Origin: Octopus vulgaris
Taxonomy: Eukaryota
NCBI GenBank assembly: GCA_951406725.2
Contig: OX597831.1
Location: 32,984,001 to 33,048,000 of the forward strand
Reading direction: 5' to 3'
Length of the DNA: 64,000 bases
Positions 1 to 12,850 of the stretch are shown in pieces. The position numbers were made by a program, and so were the translations under genes. The stretch's first letter is position 1. Each line of letters begins with the position of its first letter. Under the pieces are notes generated by a model, which saw only the letters and a list, made by a program, of their open reading frames with translations, was not told the DNA's origin and ran no database searches.

Positions 1-235
1 CTCACCTTCATCTTCTTGTCCTTTTCATCATCATCATCATCATAATTTTCTTCGTCTCCTCCTCCCCCTCTCTTCCTCCCCCTCCTCCTTCTGCTTTTCC
101 TCCTCCTTCTCCTCCAGGTCTTCCTCCTCTTTGTCTTTATTATTTTATTAACAATGAAACTAAAGACTTCATCATTTAAATCAACACCGTGATTATTATC
201 AAATTAATATGACGTGTACGCGTGCGTGTGTGCGT

Positions 236-274
<39 letters not shown>

Positions 275-518
275 AGCACGATCACATGTAACTATGTTGT
301 TGCTTCCGTTAACAGCCAAATGATTCCTACTTTACATATCTTGAACTGCCGTCCCTCTGCATGATTATATGATGTTATTCGAGGTACATGTAGCGGCCAT
401 ATTGTGTAGAAAAAAAAAACGGTGGAAATCTCCATTTTGAGCGATTATGATTGTATGTGTGTGAATGTGTATACGTGCGTATGGATTTGGGTGCATATAT
501 ACATATATACATATATAC

Positions 519-576
<58 letters not shown>

Positions 577-1004
577 ATCTTGTCGGGTCGGTACCCACGT
601 GTTTTTTCTTAACCGTTCTTTCCTTCTTTTCCTCTTCTGTGGACTTACCTCCACTGTCCGACGAGTAGCCACGCTCGAAACGTCATTTTTTTTACTTGTA
701 ATTTACCATGTAAACCTTTCTTCGAGCGTGAAACTAAAATTCGGCATTCATTGTTTTGGTTTTCGTTCTTGATTTCGCCGTTTGTCGCTGATTTGCCTAC
801 GTATATACACGCACACATACAGGAAATCGCGTTGCAAAGACAGGCGAAGATTACGATTTATCGCGGTTTCATCTGGCAAATTATCAAAATCTTATGCACA
901 CCATTAGAAATATTACTTTGCATGTATGTGTCTGTCTGTCTACATTGCGGCACCTTTTGTACTGTCCCCCCACACCTCATTGTAAGGGCCTACTTTAATC
1001 ATTA

Positions 1005-1312
1005 TGGAGGCGCAATGGCCCAGTGGTTAGGGCAGCGGACTCGCGGTCGGAGGATCGCAGTTTCGATTCCCAGACTGGGCGTTGTGTGTGTTTGAGCGAA
1101 AACACCTAAAAGCTCCACGAGGCTCCGGCAGGGGGTGGTAATCCCTGCTGTACTCTTTCACCACTCTTTCTCTCACTCTTTCTTCTGTTGGCCTGCTCGC
1201 TTAGCCGGCGGGGTGGCGTCGTTCGAAGGCTAAAACAATGCAAAGCGCATTGTGACCAGCGATGTGTAGCAACATCTGATGGTCTGGTCGGTTACGTGAT
1301 CCCGTGATCACA
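1005..1312 (+). mobile_element. tRNA-derived SINE, family A (full length, with TSD)
   Basis: Pol III A box (TGGCCCAGTGG) and B-box-like (GTTTCGATTCC) head. 10-bp TSD TTAATCATTA at 995-1004 and 1313-1322. Homologous copy at 51543-51800. Confidence 0.9.
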
Positions 1313-1672
1313 TTAATCATTACGTCCAGTTCCCCCCTTCCCCAGCGCGTGTCCCACCACCAGCTATTTCCCTCCTGGCTTACCTATTTCTCTCTCATGT
1401 GCTGACTAACAAAAATGCAACAGGGACATTAATCACATCAATCTCACTAGGAAGTGCAAGGAGGCGGGGTGATGGTGGTGGTGGTTGGTAGTGAGAAGAC
1501 GATTGACATTATCCCTTCTTCTAGACTATTGGTTCTCAGCTCATTTTTTTTTTGTTTTTGCTTATGAGCCCCTTTTGATCCCTATGTTACTCAGGTGGAC
1601 CCTTATAACCATTTCATATTAAAAAATTTTAAAGATGTTTATGTAATTAAATATTGTTAGGGATTCTGTTAG

Positions 1673-2104
1673 TCTTTTATTTGTTTCAGTCATTTGACTG
1701 CGGCCAAGCTGGAGCACCTCCTTTAGTCGAACAAATTGATCCCTGGACTTATTATTTGTAAGTCTATTCTATCGACCTCTTTTGTCTTTTGCCGAACCCC
1801 TAAACTAAGAGACATAAACATACCAACATCGGTTGTCAGGCGATGCTGGGGGACAAACACAGACACACAAACATACACCCCCCCCACACATACATATATA
1901 TATATACATTTATGTATATGTATATATATATATATATGTATATGTATATATACGACTGGCTTATTTCAGTTTTCGTCTACCAAATCTACTCACAAAGCTT
2001 CGGTCGACCCGAGGCTATAGTAGAAGACACTTTTCCAAGGTTCTACGCTGTGGAGATGAACCCTGAACCATGTGGTTGGGAAGCAAGCTTCTTACCACAC
2101 AGCC
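1673..2104 (-). mobile_element. SINE family C (CORE-like central motif, internal microsatellite)
   Basis: Reverse complement of the family seen at 50920-51333, including the tail GCAGTCAAATGACTGAAACAA. Confidence 0.9.
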
Positions 2105-2186
2105 AAGTGTCTTCTACTATAGCCTCGGGCCGGCGAAAACTTTGTAAGTGGACCTGGTAGACGGAAACTGAAAGAAGCCCGTCGTA
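2104..2186 (+). mobile_element. Partial SINE family C copy, inverted relative to its neighbour
   Basis: CAAGTGTCTTCTACTATAGCCTCGGGCC...GGAAACTGAAAGAAGCCCGTCG. Confidence 0.85.
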
Positions 2187-2189
2187 TAT

Positions 2190-2220
<31 letters not shown>

Positions 2221-2570
2221 CACCTGTATAAAAAATTAAAATATTTTGAGTATTTTTGAAGTTCAACCAATTTATTGCAGATAGATATTAACAACAAAAT
2301 CTCATATGAACCGTGGTTGAGAACCATTCATCTAGACATGGCAAGTTCAAAGAATAACGAGAACAACAACAACGACCAAAATAACGAAATAGTAACCAAA
2401 AACGCCATATTTTTAGCAAAATCAAATTACAACAACTGAGTGGTGTAATTCAGGGTGTCATTTTGAGGCTTGTATAAACTGGTGGGTATAGCTTGCTGTA
2501 TGTATGTATGTATGTATGTATGTATGTATGTATGTATGTATGTATGTATGTATGTATGTATGTATGTATG

Positions 2571-2782
2571 TGTGCAGATTTGTATGTTTTGTTTTATGTA
2601 TGTATTCTCATGCATATATTTGCATGTCTAGACATGCTCATATGTATTTAAATGATAAACTTCTGGAAAGTTTGACACCTTTTTACTATTCCAGTCATGG
2701 ATTGGATCTGTAGCCTTCGAATCAGCTTTTTCATTTCTGGTTTTGAGAAGCCTAATTTCTCAAGATTGGTATTTAGGCAGTG
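2571..2782 (-). mobile_element. 3' end of an RLE-type non-LTR retrotransposon inside a (TATG)n array
   Basis: Minus strand reads HCLNTNLEKLGFSKPEMKKLIRRLQIQSMTGIVKRCQTFQKFII*, then a short 3' UTR. Pure (TATG)n on both sides. Clade is inferred from resemblance to RLE-LINE C-termini. Confidence 0.6.
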
Positions 2783-3045
2783 TATGTATGTATGTATGTA
2801 TGTATGTATGTATGTATGTATGTATGTATGTATGTATGTATGTATGTATGTATGTATGTATTGATGTATAAATTAAGGGTAAAACAACTTTTTGCTTTCA
2901 CCCATTTATTACATTCAGTAGTGTAATTGCCATGCAATGACAAAATAACACTTGTGTATTAATAATTGGGTATTCTACCAGCAGTATATTGGATAGATAT
3001 TATCCCTTAGTTGGATGGGTTCACAACCTCTAACTCTCTTGGAAT

Positions 3046-3105
<60 letters not shown>

Positions 3106-3380
3106 ATTAATAAGGGTGAGAGAATTAGATACTAATTTAATAGTATATCTATTCTACACCAAGTGGCCTAGTGCTCCGAGAAACCTGGATTATTATAATA
3201 TTTTATAATATATTATAATATTTTTACAAAATAAATATAAGAGAGTGGTCACTATATGGCTCACTCTAGCACCAGTTAATCCAAAAGGTTTCAACCACAA
3301 AAATACATGTTTCCCATGAAAGTCAGTACGATTGTTAGCTCACACGGACAGGGCAAATAAAAAATAACAAATACAGATTA

Positions 3381-3462
3381 TTTTGGGACAATTGTTTCGC
3401 TATTAATGAATTAAATGTAAATTTACTTACAATAAAATCCACTTGTAGCTCTTCAGCCAAAA
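3381..3462 (-). ncRNA. Type I hammerhead ribozyme motif (mirror copy)
   Basis: Reverse complement of 3475-3556 in the other arm of the palindrome. Confidence 0.8.
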
Positions 3463-3474
3463 CTATCTGGATAG

Positions 3475-3556
3475 TTTTGGCTGAAGAGCTACAAGTGGAT
3501 TTTATTGTAAGTAAATTTACATTTAATTCATTAATAGCGAAACAATTGTCCCAAAA
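3475..3556 (+). ncRNA. Type I hammerhead ribozyme motif
   Basis: TTTTGG-CTGAAGA-GCTA[long loop]TAGC-GAAA-C-AATT-GTC-CCAAAA: 6-bp stem I, 4-bp stem II, palindromic stem III ACAATTGT, GUC cleavage triplet at 3548-3550. Confidence 0.8.
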
Positions 3557-3699
3557 TAATCTGTATTTGTTATTTTTTATTTGCCCTGTCCGTGTGAGCT
3601 AACAATCGTACTGACTTTCATGGGAAACATGTATTTTTGTGGTTGAAACCTTTTGGATCAACTGGTGCTAGAGTGAGCCATATAGTGACCACTCTCTTA

Positions 3700-3789
<90 letters not shown>

Positions 3790-3792
<3 letters not shown>

Positions 3793-3970
3793 TGACCTCC
3801 TTCGGTCAGACACTGATCATGGGTTTGCACCTAGAGAGTTACCCTCTGAGGCACAAGTCTGGGCAAGGTTGTTTTATGGAAGACCAGCAGTCGCCCATGC
3901 ATACCGGCCTCCCCTCTCCACGTCACCGATGTTGTCCAAGGGAAAGGCAAGGGCCGATACAGCTTGGCAC

Positions 3971-3972
<2 letters not shown>
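3790..3972 (-). mobile_element. 3' portion of SINE family F
   Basis: Homologous to 62860-63030 (GGGCAAGGTTGTTTTATGGAAGACCAGCAGTCGCCC; CCGATACAGCTT). Lies in (TA)n. Confidence 0.75.
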
Positions 3973-4006
<34 letters not shown>

Positions 4007-4014
4007 CACATCTC

Positions 4015-4115
<101 letters not shown>

Positions 4116-4262
4116 ACATACATACATACATACATACATACATACATACATACATGCATACGTACATACACAGGGGAAATGAGGAAAACTGAAATATATT
4201 TCAACATTACAAACCTAGCTATTGGTTAAATATAAGTCTAATGCCATTGATGTACAGAACGA

Positions 4263-4302
<40 letters not shown>

Positions 4303-4634
4303 GAAAAGGGAGGAAGAAGTTCTCTCTTGACGGACCATTTCAATGTTCCTTGATCATGCCTCAGAGAAGACTTCCTTCCCCAATCAACAGAATATTTTAT
4401 CCGCACTATATGGCAGTCTAATATTTGGTTAGCACCGTAGCGGATAGCGTATTTAGCCTAACTCTGCATGTCAAGACAACTCACTCATAATTGAATATTT
4501 ACTGTTTATACATATCACAGCATAAATCAGAAAAAAGTGAGATAAAATTAAAATACTATACATGTCTTAATTTGTATACATTTACACACAGACACACACA
4601 TATAGATGTATGTATGTGTACGTATACATGTACG

Positions 4635-4751
<117 letters not shown>

Positions 4752-5496
4752 GATATACACATACAGATATAGATATATGTATATATGTATATATATTTAT
4801 CCATACATACGTATATTTCTAAGTATATATATATATATATGTGTGTGTGTATGCATGTCCATATGAATATACGTATATATTTGTGTTTGTGTGTGTGTGT
4901 AAGTGTTAAGGCGAGGGTGTATATATGCTTATATGCAGAGTATTCAATTTAACAGGTTCATGAGGTGTTTGACAAAGATTTCTCCATTATCTAATTTGCA
5001 TATATACATTTTGATTTGTAATTATACACCAATGAGTATTCACATGCGTACGTATATACAAACATACATACATACATATATATATATATATACATACATA
5101 CATACACATATATATATATACATACATATATATAAACATATACATATATATATTCATACATACACAAGCACACATATATATATATACATATATACATACC
5201 ACACGCACATACGTATATATATATATATTATTATATGTGTGTATATATACGTGCGTATAAGTGAGAGAGGGAGGTGTATATGTATCTAAATAGAATATAC
5301 ATGTATAGACTTAATTTTGTTACGTGTTAGTGCATCCACACTTAAGTATTAACATACATACTTACAAACATACACACACACACACACATATATTTGTATA
5401 TATGTAGGTGTACATTTGTCTATGTATGCTTATATATATAAATGTATGTGTGTGTATATATTCATAAATATATGCATATTTATTGTATTAATGTTA

Positions 5497-5547
<51 letters not shown>

Positions 5548-6076
5548 CACATATATACATATATACAAACGTCCTTAATTACCTAACAATTTATCTATTT
5601 ATCGAAGTGCCTCCCCGTCACACTCCACACACACACACATGCTCAGCATCTACACATGCACTCACACACACAAACATATACATACATATCCACACATCTC
5701 CAAATACATATACACATATGCGCGCACATTACATCCCTGTGTACGAAATGATTAAATATTTCCAATTATGAAATATTGGTAATTAAAATGTGAAAAGTGT
5801 AATTAGTTTTACCTTAAAGGTAGTAAACAGTGTTTGATGTCTGTCGACAGTTTAATCATATTAGTTCCACATACAAAAGATTCTTCAACTATTCTATGAC
5901 ATTTAATTGATCAGCTGTGTGTGCGTGCGTGCGTGCATGTTTGTGTATGTGTGTGTGTGTGTGTGTGCGTATATATGTATGTATTTATGGATGTAAGTTG
6001 TTAGGTAGGTATGTAGGCATGTATGTAAAAATTTATCTATCAATAAATCTCTCATACATACATATTTGGTCTCTTT

Positions 6077-6125
<49 letters not shown>

Positions 6126-6337
6126 GGAGAGAGAGGTAGAAATGTAGAAAATATATTTATGATAAATATATGATGAAGACACACAAATAAACATACATGT
6201 ACATACAGCATATATATATATATATATACGTATTAGTCCAGCATGGTCGCAGTCGAATGACTGAAACAAGGAAAACAATAAAATAATATGTGTGTATATA
6301 TATATATCGCTGCATGTGTCTGCGTGTATGAGTACTT

Positions 6338-6369
<32 letters not shown>

Positions 6370-6371
6370 AA

Positions 6372-6416
<45 letters not shown>

Positions 6417-6451
6417 CACACATACTATATACATATCTATATCTATATCTA

Positions 6452-6541
<90 letters not shown>

Positions 6542-6580
6542 CAGATATAGATATAGATATAGATATAGATATAGATATAG

Positions 6581-6648
<68 letters not shown>

Positions 6649-6813
6649 GTATAAGTATATGCATATATACATATATATCGGTGCATGTGTCCGCATGCAT
6701 AAGTACATATACAACATGTATTCATATATTTCGTTATACATAAACATATTTGTGTATATATACTCTCACATATATAGATAGGTTATTAGAAAGATCGGCA
6801 GCCTTTGCGCATG

Positions 6814-6876
<63 letters not shown>

Positions 6877-7002
6877 CTGTGCGTGTGTGTGTGTCTGTGT
6901 GTTCATGACAGAGATATGAGGTGTGTGGATCTGAATTATCAGATCTGGGAATCAAAAAATGGTTTTAGATGTTTATAGGTAAATCTGTGTGGATGTGAAT
7001 TT

Positions 7003-7165
7003 TTTGATACGGAATATAGAAATTTGCTTGTCAACCACACGGTTCCAGGTTCTGTGTCTTCCTGGGCAAGTGTCTTCTACTATAGCCTCGGGCCTTCTGA
7101 GTCGATTTGGTAGACGGAAACTGAAAGAAGCCCGTCATATTTATATATATATGTATTTGTGTGTG
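7003..7165 (+). mobile_element. Degenerate partial SINE family C
   Basis: GGGCAAGTGTCTTCTACTATAGCCTCGGGCC...GGAAACTGAAAGAAGCCCGTC. Confidence 0.8.
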
Positions 7166-7455
7166 TGTGTATTTAGGGCTAAAACCACTAGGTGGATAAC
7201 CATACGCTAGAAGAAGATCACATACGGTCTAACTACAAAGAAAGAATGTTCTCCAGAGAAAATTCAGCGAACACCAGAACATAGGCGGGCAAGACAGATA
7301 GCATATGGCTATCCACCTAGTGGTTTTTTAGCCCTAAATATACACATATATTGAAATTTTTTCTGACTTTTCAGATTTTGTAGATGCTAGGCTACTGGTT
7401 TTAAATTGATATTAATCAAATTAATATTCAATTTATCTCCCTCATTATTTAAATG
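7165..7455. mobile_element. Fold-back element related to 3103-3708
   Basis: Inverted arms ~7165-7210 / ~7299-7345 (ATTTAGGGCTAAAACCACTAGGTGGATA vs TATCCACCTAGTGGTTTTTTAGCCCTAAAT). Reverse complement of 7390-7455 resembles 3103-3170. Ends at (TA)n. Confidence 0.6.
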
Positions 7456-8049
7456 TTATATATATATATATATATATAATATAGGGTGAAATTAATTAAT
7501 TTGGAATAATCAACAATTTCACCAAGTAGATTTCGGCATGTAAAAGTCCCATTCAAGGAAGGTTTAAGTAATACTAAGTAATTAAGGGTTTAGCAACGAT
7601 TTGCCTCACCACACACCGAGTTTAGAAATAGCAGTCAAAAGAGTTTTGGCTATTCTTTCTACTTATAAGGGAGATCCCAGTAAAAGCATATATACATACA
7701 TATATACCTATGTGTGTGTCTTTGTATCTGTGTTTGTCCCGCCCCCACCAGAGACAGAGAGAGAGGAGAGAGATTCACAAACACATACACACACGCACAC
7801 ACGTAAATTTGTATTTATGCTTCATTGTATGGGAAATACCTTAGTACACACACACGTGTGTGTGTGTGTGTGTGTCAGTGTGTCTGTGTATAATTATATA
7901 AACGAGAAGTGTTTGGTGTTGAGTGAGCTTACGTATCACCTGGCAGGTATTTTGATGACGTTATCGTGTCTTCACATAAGCACTACCCTAAGGGTATCAC
8001 TGGAACTATTGCTAGCACTGGCACCAGTAGCAGCAGCAGCAGCGGCAGC

Positions 8050-8355
8050 ACAACCACCACCACCACCACCACTGTCACCCCACCACTGCCACCCCACCAC
8101 GAATCACCACCACCACCACCACCACCACCACCACCACCAACCACCACCACCACCACCACCACCACCACCACCACCACCACCACCACCACCACCACCACCA
8201 CCACCACCACCACCACCACCACCACCACCACCACCACCACCACCACCACCACCACCACCACCACCACTACCGCCGCCGCCGCCGCCGCCGCCACCACAGC
8301 CACCACCACCACCACCACCACCGCCGCCGCCGCCGCCGCCACCACCACCACCACT
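8050..8355. repeat. (CCA)n/(CCG)n trinucleotide array
   Basis: Direct reading. Explains the poly-Pro/Thr/Val ORFs. Confidence 0.97.
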
Positions 8356-8631
8356 CCGCCTTCATAAAGTATTCAGAATTACATTATTCGGGATCTGCTT
8401 CGTTTGCTTTTTTTAGATTTAGCTGCTATTTCTAGTGGAGCAAACTGCCATGTGGGTGCTCCGTCCACGGTTGGTCGAAATGGTTGTCACCTGATCCATT
8501 TTGTCTTATGGCCAAAGTGTTTTTCAGCCGTGACCATTCCATCTATTTATTTCATACAGCATAATGTATCTAAGACTACATCATCAAATGTACTCTGTCT
8601 CTATAAAGATGACCAGGTTTGATTTATCGTT

Positions 8632-8876
8632 TACTTCTTTTACTTGTTTCAATCATTGGACTGCGGCCATGCTGGGGCACCGCATTGAAGAATTTTTTTA
8701 GTCGAATGAATCGACACTCGTAATTTTTTTAAAGCATAGTACTTATTCGATCAGTTATTTTTGTCGAACAGCTAAGTTATGGGAACATAAACATACCAAT
8801 ACCGGTTGTCAAGCGGTAGTGCTGGGTCAAACACGGCCACACGCCCGCCCGCGCGCACACACACACATACACACAC

Positions 8877-8949
<73 letters not shown>

Positions 8950-9115
8950 CACACACATACACATATTACATATATGCACATATAACGGGCTTCTTTCAGT
9001 TTCCGTCAAATCCACTCACAAGGCTTTGGTCCGCCTGAGGCTATAGCAGAAGATACTTAACCAAGTGGAACTCAACTCGGAACCTTGAGGTTGAGAAGCA
9101 AACCTCTTACCACAG
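8632..9115 (-). mobile_element. SINE family C with expanded internal (CA)/(TA) tract
   Basis: Tail TTTACTTGTTTCAATCATTGGACTGCGGCCATGCTGGGGCACCGC through head ...CTCTTACCACA. Confidence 0.85.
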
Positions 9116-9289
9116 CGTGGGGGAATTTTAGTTGCTATTATTTCTAGTAGATCGATCGACCACCTGGAATGAATGACTCGTAACGTTGACTCGTAAATGA
9201 GGATTGATGGATCGGATGGAAAATGATGGCTGGCTGGCTAGCTGGCTGGTTGGCTGTAGATACATTGTAAAATTGTTGCCATTGTGTGT

Positions 9290-9339
<50 letters not shown>

Positions 9340-9479
9340 CGTGAATGCCATCTGTTGGCTCTGCTTTGACAGTCTGTGTTATTTGAGCTTGATTGAACGT
9401 TAGAGATAAAACTGTGTGGTTCCTCTGCAGGATGGCTGGGTGATGCTGTGGGTGGGTGTGGGAGGATATGTAACTGAAG

Positions 9480-9562
9480 TTGGCACTCCGTCGGTTGCGA
9501 CGACTAGGGTTCCAGTTGATCCGATCAACCGAACAGCCTGCTCATGAAATTAACGTGCAAGT
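9480..9562 (-). mobile_element. SINE family B tail fragment
   Basis: TGGCACTCCGTCGGTTGCGACGAC...AACAGCCTGCTCATGAAATTAACGTGCAAGT matches 32010-32095. Confidence 0.8.
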
Positions 9563-9905
9563 CCCCAAGGTGCTACACAGTGAGATTGAACCTGGAACCA
9601 TGCAGTTCTTTTTGTCTACTTTTTGGTGCGGCTCGCTTCTCGAAAAGGTAGTCCCTGACTGCTCTAAATCCTAGCGAGAAGGTTAAAACATTTTGGTGGT
9701 TAACAGTGTACAACAGTCAGTTAGATGATATTTTGCCAAGACACGAAATATAACTTCTGATGTACGATTTAAAAATATGCTGATGTGACTCGAAAAATCA
9801 AGCGGAGCCACTGTAAGTCGTCTACCTTGTGTAACAAAACACAGATTATGAAACAGCTGTCAACAAATCGAATGAATATCTGTTGTTTCACTTCTCTTAT
9901 CTTGT

Positions 9906-9991
<86 letters not shown>

Positions 9992-9993
<2 letters not shown>

Positions 9994-10286
9994 GGGAATA
10001 AAAATTCCGGCGTCATAGGGATTCAAATGAATTGAATTATTCTCGATAAGGAAATATATATCATTTAGAGATAGAAGTCCCCATGCAATTCATCAGATCC
10101 TAATATACATCACACCATATCATAGAATTTTATTTTAATACTTAGTGTATCAGTTCCAAATTTCTCTTCTACACGTGTTTCATGAGGTGCGTTTTGAACT
10201 GAAATAGTAAGTATTAAAATAAAATTCTATGATATGGTGTGATGTATATTAGGATTTGATGGATTGCATGAGGATTTCTATTTCTA

Positions 10287-10290
<4 letters not shown>
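9992..10290. mobile_element. Fold-back element with hammerhead remnants
   Basis: Inverted arms ~10061-10144 / ~10207-10290. On the minus strand the spacer contains GAAAC-ACGT-GTA (palindromic stem III) and the left arm contains CTGATGA. Microsatellite flanks. Confidence 0.6.
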
Positions 10291-10346
<56 letters not shown>

Positions 10347-10354
<8 letters not shown>

Positions 10355-10590
10355 GCAAGATTTTTTATGTGAAGTCGTGTGTTGAAACAGATATTGTTAT
10401 ATTTCGGAATGGTCATTTTGCCAGTTTAGCCAATAAAAACACACGCACTATATATTTGATGTTACTTTGCTTCGGTGTTATTTTTTTTTACATTAATCTT
10501 AATCTTATTTCGGCCAGAGTTCTTTCGTCACACTCCTGTGACCGCATCAGTGGTCCTTTGTTTTCTTCTTTCTTATTTGTGTCTCTCCTT
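10347..10590 (-). mobile_element. Dispersed pLTR-like repeat with hammerhead-like motif (same family as 36932-37480)
   Basis: Highly similar to the reverse complement of 37267-37480. Minus strand reads CTGATGC-G-GTCACA-GGAG-TGTGAC-GAAA-GAACTC (core position mutated). Confidence 0.75.
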
Positions 10591-10962
10591 ACTAACCGTC
10601 AGCCAGAGCTACCATAGAGTTTCCGCCTGCTAAATTTTCTCAGAAGGGCATTGATCTGCCTAGGACTATAGTAAAAGGTACCTACCCATGTTGCCATGTG
10701 TGGTGGGACTTAATCTGATATCACGTGATTGAAAAAATGCTTCTTAGGCACACATGCATGCTTAAAGGGGAATGCTGGGGTATATTAAATTTGTTTCTTA
10801 TTCTTTTCATTTTATTTTGATGCTACAAGATAAAATGGTATTTATGGAACTGTTCTTCACGGCACCATCATTTACGGAGAACTCACGAAGAATGGTGGTA
10901 ATGCCGAAGCTTTAGAACGCCACAAAAAATAAATAAACACATAATAAATATAATGAGTAATT

Positions 10963-11125
10963 GGTGCAGGCATGGACTGTGTGGTTCAGATGCGCTTTTT
11001 GCAACCACGCAGTATTGGATTCAGTCCCACTGCGCCGTACTTTAGGGTCTTCTACAAAAGACCAGGGCTGAGTAATGCCTTCTGAGTGAATTTGGTTGAC
11101 AGAAACTGTATGGAAGCTCGTCGTA
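10963..11125 (+). mobile_element. Degenerate SINE family C 5' half
   Basis: GGTGCAGGCATGGACTGTGTGG...GGATTCAGTCCCACTGCG...GAAGCTCGTCG. Confidence 0.75.
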
Positions 11126-11159
11126 TATATATATATATATATATAAAATATATATATGA

Positions 11160-11277
11160 AAATATAAAAAGGGACAAGAACGCAAAACATTCGAATAGAC
11201 GACACAAAAAAACGGACGGGTCATTCGAAGCCTCTAATCTTCAGTCAAGAACCGGATCATCCTCGCAATTTCGGCTA
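11160..11277 (+). repeat. Dispersed repeat family E (copy 1; strand arbitrary)
   Basis: GGGACAAGAACG...CATTCGAAGCC...CAGTCAAGAACCGGATCATC..GCAATTTCGGCT, shared with 18560, 46457 and 50660. Confidence 0.85.
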
Positions 11278-11358
11278 TATAGCTGTGTGTGTATGTGCGT
11301 GTGTGTGTGTGTGTGTACGTGTGTGTACACACACACACACACACACACACACGCTTCC

Positions 11359-11396
<38 letters not shown>

Positions 11397-11849
11397 TGTG
11401 TGTGTCTGTCTGCTTGTGCGTGTATGTTTGCGAACGTACATGCATATATGTGCGAATATGTATGTTCATATGCTAATGTATGTATGCTTGTCTGTGCGTG
11501 TGTGGGATTGTGTGGAAGCGATAATGTCCGTATGATGCCGTTAAGATCAATTGTTAATGAATGATGGCTGTACCAATTCCAATAATGGTAACGTGGAACG
11601 GATGGTACCAGATTGTAAATCAAAAACACATTCAAGTTGCCAATCCCAGTGTGTAGAGTTTCACTTCTAATAGCCACAGTTACATCTTTAATATCTTTAG
11701 AAGAGCCTCCTTAACGTCACAGCGTCAAGTGTGCCACAATGCTCTAACCTTGTCCCATCAACTCCTCCATTGCTTTAAGGCATTATTTATAGTGGTAGTA
11801 GTAGTGGTGGTGGTAGTGGTGGTAGGCTCTTCCTCCGACGCTTATCGTC

Positions 11850-12850
11850 TGCCTTCAGTTTTTTCTCATCCCACAACTCTTTCTCGTTCCTCATATTTTT
11901 CCTGTCTCTTGACCCTGTCGTCTGCTTTTCTTCAATTTTCCCTTCCCCTCTCCTGCTTTCCCTCTCCCATTATTTTTCATCTCTTTCTCCTTCTGTTGCG
12001 ATCCCTCTCTATATTTCCTCTCTCTTTAATCCGTCCATCTTCCTTTCTTCTTTTCCTCATACCTCTCTTCACTTTCTCATTCTGTCTCATTTCTCTGTCT
12101 CTTTCTCTTCCCCCCTCTCTCTCTTTCTCTGCCTGTTTACACTAATGTCTGTTTACACTGCCTTTCTATCATTCTACAATATCTTCACTCTCCCTTTCCC
12201 ACTTCCACAATATCTACTTTTCGTCAGCTATTTCTCTCTCTCTCTCTCTCTCTCTCTCAATCTCTCTACCCCCTCTTCATTAGTTTCACTCTTACCCTCC
12301 TCTATTTCCATGTAAACTAAGTTCTGCCTTTCTTCATCGTTTCTCACTTATCCCTTCTCTTTCTTCTCCCGCTATCATCCCTACGATGTCGTCTGTCTTT
12401 CTTTATTTTCTCGTCACTCCCCTCTTTTCTCACTCTTTGCTCTTCACTCCTTTTCTCCTCTCTCTCTCTCTTACCTTCTCTTTCACTCAGTCTTTCCTTT
12501 ATACCTTATTTCTTACTGCTCCCTGCTCTTTCCCTTTAACCTCCATAATATTGTCTGTATTCCTTTCTTTTCACTCCCTCTGTTTTATTCTTTGCTATTT
12601 CTCCCTCCTTCCCTCTCTTTCTTCTGCCCCAACGATAACGCCTGCCTTTCTTCATTACTCTTCACTCCCCTCTCTATACCTTCTATTTCCTAGTTCTCGC
12701 TCCTCCCCATACTTTCTCTTTCTCTCTACCCCTCATACATTCATCTCTTTTCCTTCATTTCTCTTCACTATCTCTCTCTCCCTCCTTCTTACCCTTTTTT
12801 CCCCTCCCCTTCACGCTGTCGTCTGCCTTTCTTCATTGTTGTTAATCATC
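11850..12850 (+). repeat. ~1-kb low-complexity polypyrimidine tract
   Basis: C/T-dominated degenerate (CT)n sequence. Confidence 0.85.

Larger units (their letters stand above)
1527..2329. mobile_element. hAT-Charlie-like non-autonomous DNA transposon, interrupted by SINEs
   Basis: Imperfect TIRs TATTGGTTCTCAGC ... GTTGAGAACCATTC resemble the CAGTGGTTCTCAAC Charlie-type TIR. 8-bp TSD TTCTAGAC (1519-1526) / ATCTAGAC (2330-2337) has the TCTAGA core typical of Charlie targets. Confidence 0.75.
3103..3708. mobile_element. Fold-back element (Penelope pLTR-like) containing a 480-bp palindrome
   Basis: Arms 3229-3467 and 3470-3708 with a 2-nt spacer (one mismatch seen, at ~3278). Unique extension 3103-3228. 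(TA)n on both sides. Confidence 0.8.

Noticed and set aside
1005-1080. Possible tRNA gene (also 32320-32392, 56665-56738, 63080-63153)
   Set aside because: A/B boxes are present but run into a SINE body, with TSDs in three of the four cases. These are SINE heads.
7601-8416. 271-aa poly-proline (formin/extensin-like) ORF
   Set aside because: Produced by the (CCA)n array, which is open in several frames on both strands. The flanks are repeat-derived.
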